DNA of 60,711 nucleotides, the filler included, from Sphacelaria rigidula (lineage: Eukaryota): assembly GCA_964200075.2 (NCBI GenBank). It is 6 parts of 6 records of this genome, joined end to end, with 100 filler letters (N's around TTAATTAATTAA, not from the genome) between each part and the next. Parts side by side here need not be neighbours in the genome. Positions count along the whole stretch, not along the records: positions 10,137 to 20,171 come from CAXNAA020007278.1; positions 20,272 to 30,306 come from CAXNAA020007279.1; 4 more parts are not named here. One strand, written 5' to 3'. The number at the start of each line of letters is the position of its first letter. Position 1 is the first letter of the stretch. The notes under the pieces were generated by a model. It saw nothing but the letters and a program-made list of their open reading frames with translations, had not been told where the DNA came from and made no database searches. Shown here piece by piece: positions 13,301-23,899 of this stretch. The position numbers and the translations under genes are program-made.

Positions 13301-14402
13301 GATTGTACTCGATCATAACGGCGGATTCGATCCGGTCACCTAACGCATTCTCCTGCAGGGAGTTCAAGCACCCCCGCAAAATCGAAAACACTCGCTCCAT
13401 AGACGCCGACGATGGCTGTAGGAGGCGCATTAAAAATTATCGCAGCTTTATGCGCGTTTTATGCGCATTTCAAGCTCGCTCGTTTCAAGCATGTTAAGCT
13501 AAACTTTATGCGCGCATGCGGAGCTAAGCCTAGGAAAAGCTTGGCTTCATTTATTTACTTCTTGTCCGCGCGCCACTAATAATAAAAAATGATTGGAATC
13601 AGCTTAGAACAAAAATGACGTGGACCTATCAGATAGATTGGTTCTTTTCGACTACAATTGTTCGATCAAAAATAAGCTGCGAAGGCACGTCCCAAGACAC
13701 GGCCTGACGACACGCATGTTCACACAGTACCTGATGAGACGACTCAACTTGCCAAGGATAGTTGAGACACATGCAGACGAGAAAATCAAGTTCAGCGTGA
13801 TGCACCATTGCCGCAAATGAAAAAGCTACTAATACTGTAAAGACGACATAATGAGCAGAAAAACCACATCATTTTGCGAGGCTAATAGCACACTCTTGGT
13901 ATTGAACGATAGGTGCTACTCGTAGCATAACCTACTCGTGTGTGAAGTAACGGCATATGCCACTCGGTGTTTAGTCGCATTTTGGATCCCAGAATGGAAA
14001 ATGATCATCGCGTTTGTACGATATTGGTATCGGTATCCGTTTTCACAGCGGTTGGGAAATACGGATCGATCATCAGCTTGTGCGCTGCGATCGATGGAAT
14101 CGAGCTGGAGTTCTCGGAACAAGCAATGGATATGACATATAGCTGGAGTTCAACATGAAGATCGCGGAGTGCATGGCCCCTGTAACGCACTCGTACGGTA
14201 CTGCTGTGATCGTCGGGTACAAACGATCACAGGACGTTACCTTGTTGATGAGGTCGTAACGAGGAGCGATGGCATCAAACATCTGTCCAGAGCCCAGGTC
14301 GTACTGACGCGAACCCGCCTTCCCATCTCCAGCATTTTTTCCTGTCACCGCAACTAATGCAATGACCACCGACGCCACTGCAGTCACCAAAACAGCCCAC
14401 AT
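10383..14402 (-). CDS. UbiE/MenG/COQ5-family quinone C-methyltransferase, 5' part; exons 14402-14241, 10942-10886, 10529-10383 (3' exons not on this contig)
   Basis: Spliced product ...GQMFDAIAPRYDLINK|VISLGLDMRWRQTMIDGLQ|LKAGDRVVDMATGTADVAIMLA...VIGIDPSANMLD carries the UbiE signature (MFD.IA.RYDL.N..S.G.D..WR; SAM motif I D.ATGT.D; G.D.S..ML). All junctions are phase 0. Intron 2 has a GC donor. Confidence 0.9.
11172..11196. repeat. (TA)n microsatellite
   Basis: About 12 TA units. Confidence 0.9.
12798..13532. mobile_element. Non-autonomous hAT-like DNA transposon in methyltransferase intron 1
   Basis: TIRs TAGGCTTTGGTTCTGCATGCGCG / CGCGCATGCGGAGCTAAGCCTA. Flanked by an 8-bp near-TSD GAAAAAGC / GGAAAAGC (7/8). 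Subterminal TTTATGCGC repeats. Confidence 0.65.
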
Positions 14403-15969
14403 TTCATGAATCTCTGGAAGCGGTAAAAGCGGATCATGTTTTCGGTTAAGAGTGTCACATTCGATTGTCAAGTTCTTTCAAACCCCTTGGTCAGCAATAT
14501 ACTCTACGATATGAAATCTACAGATATATATATATTCATTTATAATGGACCCTGAATATTGTACATGACGATGGTGTAGTAGTATATCATTGAATTTATG
14601 TATAATTGATATAAGGCGTGCATGAATATTTGTGTCGTTGTCTTCGACGTAGTATATTAATTCAGATGCAACATTTGATCACTTCATAGCAACAATAAAA
14701 ACAGCAACCTCACTCGTAGCTACGCGTTTATCTGTCGTACTCTTGCATTGAGCTGGTCGCAGGTTGCTGCTCCTTCATCGCAAGAGTAGCAAGCCGAACG
14801 CAGGTTGATCGGAAGGAGGAAGCCTTCAAGTGCTTGCAACTTGCTCAGTGCCAGTGTTGTGTAAAGGTAATGTCTAAGTATTTTGTTGCATTAGGTTTTG
14901 GTTGCGCATTGATCAGGCCACGACTTCGGTTCCACCGCCTATCATACGCGGTCGCCATTGATTCAACCGTGATGCACCACTCCTGTGTAGCTCGTAGAGC
15001 AGAGGCAGTGTGCCCTCTATCGTGAGTCCCCCAACAGTTAAAAACGGTGTGCCATCAACTCTGCCAAATATCATACAGTATGATCATAGCCTGCAGTTGT
15101 GTTCGAAGCCACAAACGACTCACCGGGTGCTGTACTAACCACTGGAAGCTGTATCTCTGCGCTCCTCCCAAGTCCGGTGTGTTACCTGATGTCCTACACT
15201 ATTCAAAGCCGACAGACACTGAGAGCGGGCCGCGACGTCGTTGAATGGCCCCGTCTGGTCACCGTGGTAACCATCGGTGTGGCACATGGCAGCAGTCCAC
15301 TGGCATGCAAGTGAAAATACCAGTACCGACAATGGGTTATATCGTTCTGAAAGCCCGTGAGGACGCTCGTGGACGACGCCCGAGAGGTGCCGTAGCTTAC
15401 GGTGGATATCACCTGTGGCGATGGAACGGCTACCTTCAATTTTTTTCATTAACTGCAGTGCCCGGCCACCGCGAGTTATGCCGTTGCAATTATATTATTT
15501 CGAAGTACTTTGGTGAACGAGATCCTAGGGCGATGCGTGGGCTTTTTTATAGAGACAATTTAATTAGCTCTTTCACTTCGCTGATTGATGACTTCCGTAA
15601 CGTGCGGCATTGTTGGGTGCTGTACTTACCCTGTACTTTTACTGCTCTGTACGTGCTGTGCAGCACAGGAGCGAATGTTGATGTTACTTTGCATTTTTGT
15701 GCCAGTCCGTAGAAATGCTACCGCACAACGTCGCAAGTCATGGGGATACCTCAAGAAACCGGGAGAGTGAAAGGAGGAGTAAAATAATCGGATGTGGCTG
15801 TCTCAAACCACTTACTGTTTCATCCAGCTCTAGCCCTTGACCCCAGCTCGTCCGAGATGTATATTTTCACCCTTGATCCGTGTTGCATAGACTCCCGTCA
15901 CCGAGTAGTGATGGTGCCTGAAGCAAGTTTCGGCTACCTTACGGAGGTCCGTAAACTGCATGGCGCCTT

Positions 15970-16438
15970 AGACCCACTTGTTTGGCAACGAATCTCGATT
16001 TGTACGAATATGAGGATTTCAGCCCGTCTACAGGCGATTTTCTCCCGTGGATTGATTTTTCGGATCCCAGTCAGTTGGGCAATGTTTTTCGGCTAGCTGT
16101 GAGCAAACCAGATCAATTCCCCGGTTTTCTGGGCGTTGACTTTCGATACATCACCGTTCTGCTGAAATCTGGACACCCCCGCATCTCCCCGGATTCTCTT
16201 CTGATTAAAAAAAAATCGGGGGAGATGTGGGAGTGTCCCGATTTTGGCAGAAATGTGGTAAAACAAAAGTCAACGTCCAGAAAATCGAAGAATTGATCTC
16301 GTTTGCTCACAGCTAGCCGAAAGTATTGCTCAACGGACTGGGGTCCGAACAATCAATCTATGGGAGAAAATCGCCTGCAGATGGGCTGAAATTCTCATAA
16401 TTGTATAAATCGAAATTCGTTGCCATAAAGGTGGGTCT
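15970..16438. mobile_element. ~470-bp fold-back/MITE palindrome
   Basis: Imperfect ~230-bp inverted arms centred near 16203 (AGACCCAC...GGCTAGCTGTGAGCAAAC... / ...GTTTGCTCACAGCTAGCC...GTGGGTCT). The ORF track shows mirrored peptides on both strands. Confidence 0.85.
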
Positions 16439-17131
16439 TGGCACGGTGCACGAAGGTGCAGCAATAAGAAGCTTCCCAAGAACGTTTCCCAGAACGATCT
16501 GATTAACATGGATTCAAACCAAATGTAATGGCTAGAGAGAAATGTTACTAGGCTCGCCGAATATACATGAGCTCGCACGTCGCTTCCTCCATGTTTCGGG
16601 GTTTTCAACGATTTTACTACAGTAGGAGAATCGTCGAAAAAACAATAATCGGGTTATATATTCTCAGGGTCGAAGGGCGGAGGGGAGTCAACTCTACCGC
16701 AGTACCTGAGTAGACTGAAATTTACACGTGATATTCGTACACTTCAAAGTTGCGTCCGCGCAACGCTGCAACGGCGGGCATGGAAGGTAAGTTCGGGTGC
16801 GTTGAGCAGTGGGCGGACCGGTTCACGGTACCGTGTGCTTTAAAAAAGACGCCACCTGTTGGTATGTGTGGCATATCTCTGCGTAGAGCACATGAGTCGA
16901 TCGTCCCCCCCAAAGGTGTCTGCTGCTGTCGTCTTATTGATTCTACACGCCGCGGCTTGTTGTCTTTCCAAGGAGAAAGTCTAAATTCAATTACGAGCGG
17001 CGGGTTTCGTAACCCGCTGTCTGCGATACTTAAGGCGCCCATGTAGTTGGGCGACCCCCGCTGTTTTTTTTTTTTGTGAGGAATCTGACGAAATATACGT
17101 ACACAATGGTTGGTACTATGGGGATACCGCC

Positions 17132-17165
17132 AACCCTAACGCTAACGCTAACCCAAACCCCAACC
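17132..17165 (+). repeat. Interstitial degenerate (CCCTAA)n telomere-like tract
   Basis: aaccctaacgctaacgctaacccaaaccccaacc; a similar tract lies at 51121-51162. Confidence 0.6.
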
Positions 17166-18044
17166 AAGGCATACCGAGAACCCTCGGGCAAGGGGGTGAA
17201 GAGTGTGCCTTCGGCAAATTTTGCGTTGCAAGAGCTCAAATCGACGCCTTTGAGCCGATTTTGAACCAAAAAACGTTCTGGACGAGCTAGGTCTACTGCT
17301 CACCACTGCGCACCTGCCCGAAGTCATTCATTTTCTCAGAACTTTCTTCAGTCTAAAATCAAGTAAAATTGAATATCAACCATTGTTAACCATGGAGCTC
17401 TAGTGTTTTTTGTATCATTTTGGCAGTTCCACAGTAGTGCTCGAAGGCAGCCAGCATGGTGTGTAGCAAAGCCTGGTCCGCAAGTTCAGGCACAGCGCGC
17501 GCCAGCAGAGTTCATCTCGGTCCTGTGCAGCAGAGAAAACGTACTCTCGGCGCAGGTGCGAACCTCCAAACCGCCTCTCTACGGCGAACGTTCTTGCGTG
17601 TGGATACTTACTGCTGCGTTCCTGAAAAAATTCTGCGTATGGGTCTCTCGCGTTCAGGTGGTGCTTACAGACGCTTACAACCGTTGTCGTAGACAAAATG
17701 GCGTACTGTGAAGACTGTCGCACATAATTATGAGCTCAAAACGCACTGCAACACCAAGTGGATTTGTCCTCCGTGTCGTAGGGGACACTCTTTGCATTCA
17801 GTGTTGATTTGTCGGTCCTCCCGCGTAGCTTTTCTCTGATGACGCGACAAAAACGCACGCCAGAAAGAAATGAGTATTATTCTCAGAAGTGTATGAAGAT
17901 GGAACAAGCTGTAAAGAGTGTAGACCTGTAGATTCTGCATGTTCGGAAGCCGTCTGCGAACGCAGTCCGCATCCCTCCACTTTCAAACGACGTTTCCTTG
18001 ACATTTTTTTGCGTGTCTTCTTCTTTGCCCCCCCCTTCCGCCCC

Positions 18045-18131
18045 TGCTCCGTCTCGAAAGGGATGCGTGGTCAATGGTCAAACGACGAGGGCAAGCAGCA
18101 AACGAGTACCCCCCCCCCCCCTCCCGCCCCT
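18045..18131 (+). mobile_element. Extremely 5'-truncated LINE 3' stub with poly(C) end (same family as 40152-40365 and 57380-60667)
   Basis: TGCTCCGTCTCGAAAGGGATGCGTGGTCAATGGTCAAACGAC...GAGTA-C13 matches the 3' end of the contig-6 LINE. Flanked by a ~17-nt C-rich near-TSD. Confidence 0.8.
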
Positions 18132-18178
18132 TCCTGTGTGATCCTCGTTGTATATTCAGGTATACCGTACGTCGCAGC

Positions 18179-18298
18179 ATGCCGGCCTGGGGTGATGATG
18201 ATGATGACGACTACCTGCCGCCGCGCCAAGAGTCAGCGGTTGACGCAAAGGGCGTCAAAAACATCGTGGAGTACCACTTCAACTCGAATGGTGCAAAG
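18179..18298 (+). CDS. eIF3g: Translation initiation factor 3 subunit G, first coding exon (partial gene)
   Basis: MPAWGDDDDDDYLPPRQESAVDAKGVKNIVEYHFNSNGAK(VK) matches the eIF3g/Tif35 N-terminus (W.D....LP......G.K...EY..N..G.KVK). It ends at a phase-0 AAG|gtgaag donor. Confidence 0.8.
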
Positions 18299-19149
18299 GT
18301 GAAGTCAAGAAGTCATGTTGGCTCTCTTGCCGCCGTCTTGTCTGTTTGATTGATTATCGCACTTGAACTGACCACCCATGGGTCCAGCCGTGGTCGCATG
18401 ATGGACGTGCCCAACAAAACCAAAACTCAAACATTCGCTCAAAAACTTTCTTCCGGTCTTGTTCCAAGGACGAGATGGTCGTCAAGGGCTTGGGCAGGTG
18501 GTAAACCCCTTTTCGACCCAAAAATACCCCCAAGGAGAAAGATTGATGGATCATTGGCGATCGATCTACTTCGTGACCACAGGTTTCGTGCGCTGGAGAA
18601 AGTACGGTGGACGGCTCCACGGAGAATACACAAAAATCACGAGTATCCCCGCTCCTGCCGTGCCAGGCCGCTTTTTGTTCGTAGTCATTATCCAAAGGGC
18701 AGGTTTCGGTTCACTGATTCGATCGAACGATTGAGTGACCTATTGTCGCAAAGTAAGTGATCTGCTTGAGAGTCCAGGTGTCATGACAGGGTGGAGGTAC
18801 CCAAGCTAAGCGAAGGAAAGCACTTCATAGTGGAAACTGTAGAGAGGCAAAATATCTACAAATGAAAATGACGGAACAAAATACCAAAGTGAGGAAAAAA
18901 GAAGAAAACCCAACAAACAACGGCAGATCCCTGCCGCATGGCTTTTGGTGGAGCGCCGTACTTCGGCGAACAAAAAATTGATATTTCAGCGTATATGTCG
19001 CAAGTGTTGACTCAACACTTGCCCGAAGCTTCATGAGTGGGCACGTACGCCGTGTTTGATCTATATATACAGTTGACTGAGCCAATCAAAAGGGCTCTTG
19101 CATTAATCCCACACATGAGTCGTACTTCCTCTGTCCCATCGGTTTTGGT

Positions 19150-19194
<45 letters not shown>

Positions 19195-20171
19195 TGCCCC
19201 TACAGTATCACCACAGACTAAAAAAACCCAAAGAAAAAAAACAAAAAACGAAAAAGGAAAAAAAANNNNNNNNNNTGGACTGACCCAAACAAAAGGGCTT
19301 TTGCCTTACCCCCCCCCATGGGTCTTCCTCCCTCTGCCCCACCGGTTTGTGTCCCCCCCCCCCCCCCCCCCGTCCTCCTCCCTTTTTTGGCCTTGAAAAA
19401 ATATTGAACGCATGGTCGAAAACCACCACAAATGCACGAATGCAGTGTAAATGAGTAAACTGTATTGCTCGCCCCCCTCCCGTATTGTGTAAGGCAACCA
19501 GGTTACCATGTACTTTTGCGCCTGCGTTTTTTTGCGGTAACCATGATGGTGGTCGAGCTAGATCATATTGTGCGGGTCGGAGAATGATCATACTATGCAG
19601 CGTTCAAATGGTGAGACACCCGTGACGCAGTGTACAACCCATGGCTGTCTCTGGAAGTGGCGATACCAGAAAATGGAGCAACTCATTGGAGGCTGTCATC
19701 GATGTGCAAGATAATCGATACCCTTCGCGCCAAACGATCTTAGCAGAATGCAGCTCACCCTTCATGCAACTCGCCTAACACATCACAGCGCTTCGCGCTT
19801 GGTGATTGATTGCGAGCGTCCCCGCGAAAACCCGGCGTGCTCCGCCCCGGCTTTGTAGGGATGCGAGGTTAATGGTCATGTGACTACGGCGTGCAATATT
19901 ATGAGTACCCCCTCCTCCCTCCCTTACTGCGTGTGGCGTCGCTTCCAGGCAGCTTGTACGCGCAGCCGCTTCGTGAGTGTATTTCAAACATGGTATCAGT
20001 TCGATCTTTCTGACTGCGTTCACCTCTCACCAGTAACTTCAATTTCAGAGGTCTGACTTTCTGACAGCCTCATTCCTGAGATTCGATATCCTCCCCCCCC
20101 CCCCGCTCCGGGTTGGCCCGCTCGGGGGGGAGGGGGGGGGCAGGGGGACGAGGTCTACGAGACGACAGGAG

Positions 20172-20271
20172 NNNNNNNNNNNNNNNNNNNNNNNNNNNNN
20201 NNNNNNNNNNNNNNNTTAATTAATTAANNNNNNNNNNNNNNNNNNNNNNNNNNNNNNNNNNNNNNNNNNNN
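20172..20271. other. Artificial contig linker
   Basis: N44-TTAATTAATTAA-N44. Confidence 0.98.
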
Positions 20272-20780
20272 CAAAGCCACTCTCAATCGTATCATCTACT
20301 CTCAATCTCACGAAAACACTGTTATAGATGATCCGCTGGTAATTAGGCATTTTGATATGGTCAAGATGGTTGGGTACAGATTCTTTGAACAGATCAACCA
20401 TGCTTTATTAACGGCCACCTAATAGTTGAGATCGCGAAGCCGCTCTGTCTCCACGCACGTACTATTTTTGCACATATTCTGTTTATCGAAGAGTTGAAAC
20501 ATTCCTCGGTGGATGGTATTGTTTTGGAATCTCAATCTACGGGCACCATCGGCCCAATGTAAAAGAGATTATCTTCGCAAGTGAGGTTGAGCATTACAAA
20601 AAGTTTCGAGTCGATAGCGGTGCTTTCCCTGACTTAAAGTCATGAGAATTATCCTTCATATGGACGACCTCATGCCCCCCGACCTCCCTGAAACTGCTTC
20701 TCGGGGTTTCCTGCCTTTCGTTTCCTCTAAGGGTATGTGCGAAGACACCATTTTTGGCTAGAACGTTCCCTCTTTTGCCC

Positions 20781-20830
20781 GAAAATCGAGGCGAGAAGGA
20801 AAATCGAGGCGAGAAGGAAAATCGAGGCAA
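20781..20830. repeat. 18-bp tandem repeat GAAAATCGAGGCGAGAAG, about 2.7 copies
   Basis: Direct tandem copies visible in the sequence. Confidence 0.85.
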
Positions 20831-21127
20831 AAAGGTGCTTTCGCATAATAGCATTGGGGAAGCGGAACACGGGAAACCCCCAGAAACATAAAAATTCAGG
20901 GAAGTCGGGGAGCATGAGGTCAATATTTATGACAGTTATTTATCATGACTCCAGGTCAGGGAAGGCACTGCTTTGGAGTTGAAACTCATTTCAATGTTTG
21001 ACCTCATTTTCGAAAACACTTTTTGGTAGCTGGTGTCACGCAAGGGAAGCAAGCAAAGGGTACAGGTATACGGCAACAAAGAAACGCAGGAAGGACACGC
21101 ACGTGGCCATTCGGCTACCCCCATTAA

Positions 21128-21427
21128 CACCCTCTATCGCGATTTTCATCCTCTCGAGGGTAAAGTGATCCTCCGGAGGATAAAAATATCCTCTAGAGGG
21201 TATATTATACTCACTTCCGGTCATGAAACGAACCCTCTGGAGGACATCTGATGCTCCAGTGACTTCTGAGGTCTGAATTCCTCGAGAGTAACAAAAAAAA
21301 TGGTGCTCTGGAGGGCTGCGCGTCCTCCAACTTCTTCCAGAGGGTGCGCGGCCCTCCAGAGGCAAAACAAGCCCTTGGAAGCGTTCGATCCCGCCCCTCT
21401 GGAGGGCCGCGCACCCTCCAGAGGCGT
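21128..21427. mobile_element. Probable piggyBac-like MITE packed with CCTCYRGAGG palindromes
   Basis: Flanked by TTAA on both sides (21124-21127, 21428-21431). Imperfect TIRs CACCCTCT / AGAGGCGT. About 10 internal copies of the 10-11-bp palindrome. Confidence 0.55.
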
Positions 21428-22584
21428 TTAATTCCTCTAAGGGCTCGAACAGTTGACCGGAACGGAGTATTTTTGGGGATATCCGAATGGCCGCGTGTGC
21501 ACACGTCAAAAGTGGGATACGAATTGGCGCAGTTTCTTGGAAACTTGAAAAAAATAAGAAGTGGAAACTCTCGTAGTAACGTAGTTAGCTCCATAGACAT
21601 GCGTGGCGTGACTCTTCCCCCATGCACGATCATATGTCAGATATATAGGGTGTATGTGTGACTGAGTTGCTCCTGCGCACGGGTGCCCTTCAACCCTTAG
21701 GCTGCGAATCCCCCTAATATGGAATTGTATGGGCTATGCGATATCTGGGTTTCCGAGCAGATGCTTTCTCCCTACACAAAACGCGTTACTTCTTCAACAT
21801 GTTATTATGTTGGACATCTATACAGAAAACTGTCCCGGAGAATCAATCCCTGACCGGTTTTGATCCTGCAGTCAATAGCGTGCAGTCAATATGTGTGCTG
21901 TCTTCGCTGGATAAGACGACAAGAAACAGTCAGCGTGGCATCACTCTCTACTAAACATTGCCTATACTGCATGCTGCTGTTGATGTCTCCGCTATGTGTT
22001 TTACGATGATGCTACAGTGTGATGCTGTGCTCGCAAAATGAGAGGGGCAAGGCAGGCGGCAACGACCACGAGCACAGTATAGAATCACGTTATTATGTGT
22101 GCCTACGTTATCCACGGTCAAATCATGATCCAAAATGAGAAAGCAGTATGGCTAGACAGCGAGGTAGTCCATCTGTAGCCAATGTGTAGGGGAACAAAGT
22201 GATCATTTTGGTAGCCGTCGTTGGTTCGAATGGCCACTCCGCTTCTCTCGAACCTCGTTCCTGGCTCGTAATTTTCCGTGGGAAACTTTCAAACACGCAG
22301 ATGGTTGGCTTGGTGAGCTTCAAGCTGTTCTGCGAACAGGCCCCCACCCCCCTGAAAACCTTCATCTCCTCGACCCCTAGAAACCCCCGAATGTCCCTAG
22401 ACTGTTCCGTGGCGAAGCGCGTAGTCTGAGGGTTGATAACCGCGCGTAAATATGAAAACACAGGGTGTTGCATTGATCCAAGTGGGAGGTTTCTTCATCA
22501 ATTAACCCTTCCACCGCTGAATGAGAGTGGGTTATAATTTCAAGCCGATAAACATCTATATATATCTATATATACTTCTCTTGA

Positions 22585-22682
22585 CCCTTAGACCGCGAGA
22601 TAAGTCTTTCTGGATCATGCATACTTTTTTTCACTTGAAATTGATGCCGATTCAACAGAAGACTAACCTTGCGGTCTAAGGG
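22585..22682. mobile_element. ~98-bp piggyBac-like MITE
   Basis: TIRs CCCTTAGACCGCGAG / CTTGCGGTCTAAGGG; flanks TTGA / TTAA; internal TGAAATTGATGCCGATTCAACAG core. An extra TTAA-CCCTTCCACCGC end lies at 22502-22517. Confidence 0.7.
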
Positions 22683-22741
22683 TTAACAACGTATTGAAGA
22701 CTAAAGATCCATCTGACCAACCATGGCGGACGAAGGGGTAA

Positions 22742-22845
22742 CCCTTCGACCACCAGGGTGGATCCTCCCGGCATCCATTCATTTTCCCCGTGAAATGACT
22801 ACAGTATGCCGATTCACCAGATTGCGCGCCCTGGCGGTCGAAGGG
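22742..22845. mobile_element. ~104-bp piggyBac-like MITE
   Basis: TIRs CCCTTCGACCACCAGGG / CCCTGGCGGTCGAAGGG; flanks GTAA / TTGA; internal ATGCCGATTCACCAG core. Confidence 0.7.
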
Positions 22846-23620
22846 TTGACCCTGTGACCACGAAGCAGCCCGTTTGAGTCGATGTGTGCTCATCAGTGCA
22901 TTAGTCCATGTACTAAATTTTGTACACGGTTGATTGCCGCAACAACAGTGGTACAGCTCACAAGCTCCTCGTGCTTCAAGAGTTCACCCGCATACGCCGG
23001 GGTGGGCAACCGGCATCATTGCACTCACTTGAAAAGTGAATGCAACGCCCAGGTGATCCGCCGATTCTTGTCACGTTGAAAAGTATCTGTAACGCCAGGT
23101 AACGCCCACATGATCCACAGTGACGGTGATATGGTTTTCACTGCTAGTTTCGTCACGTACGCCATTGTGATATGATCGTGCATGGGAGACAAGCGGTGTC
23201 AGGCGTTGTCCGCAGTTTCCAAAAATTCAATGATATGCCTTGTGGTTTAGGTGAAGAAAATAAGACTACTTTGTGGTTTTGGACTGAGTTATTGGGGTAA
23301 GAGACACGTCCGACTCTGGGGTTTGCAGTGGTACAGAAGCCACATCGGCGCCCAACCACCCCCACCCTGTCGCTCACTGCTTCATCAACGAACAATAGCA
23401 ATAGCTGTTGTAACAAGTTTCCTGCTACTTTGTTCTGTTGCTTGCTGGCACACGCGCAGTAGTCGGACCTCACTAGCAATAACACACATGTCGAGATGGG
23501 CACCTTGAGAGAGATACAGTAGTGCACATCATGATAACAAGATGTACATCAGCGGAATGTGCGCACACACTTGCATCTACGAGCTGGTTCAGATTGAACG
23601 CCCAAAATTCACTCCCCGGG

Positions 23621-23899
23621 ATTTCCTCACGCCGTTTTTTCGAGTCAGACCACGATAATTTGCACACATGTTTTTGAGGGCACTATCTAAAACTCGAAGA
23701 CGGGGTTTTTCTATTTTGTTGTTGTTGTTGTGTCGAGATAGTCGGGATCTGACCCCTCCCCCGGTCACGTAGGTCAACCGCGACCTTGGATAAAAAGCCA
23801 CCGCCAGAAAAAAAAACGGTCCTCGAGTTTTAGATAATGCCCTCCAGAACATGTGTGCAAATTTTCGTCGTCTAACTCGAAAAAACGGCGTGAGGAAAT
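23621..23899. repeat. Inverted repeat with ~75-bp arms, probably within a larger non-autonomous DNA element (to about 24430)
   Basis: ATTTCCTCACGCCGTTTTTTCGAGT...ATTTGCACACATGTT...ATCTAAAACTCGA / TCGAGTTTTAGAT...AACATGTGTGCAAAT...ACTCGAAAAAACGGCGTGAGGAAAT. Confidence 0.8.

Noticed and set aside
13725..13790. CTGATGA followed by a hairpin (hammerhead candidate)
   Set aside because: No GAAA immediately after stem II and no stems I/III. Other CTGATGA sites checked also fail.
17132..17165. True telomere
   Set aside because: Short, degenerate and internal to the contig; the same applies to 51121-51162.
19037..19396. Poly-Pro/Lys ORF
   Set aside because: It is a translation of low-quality poly-C/poly-A sequence around a 10-N gap.
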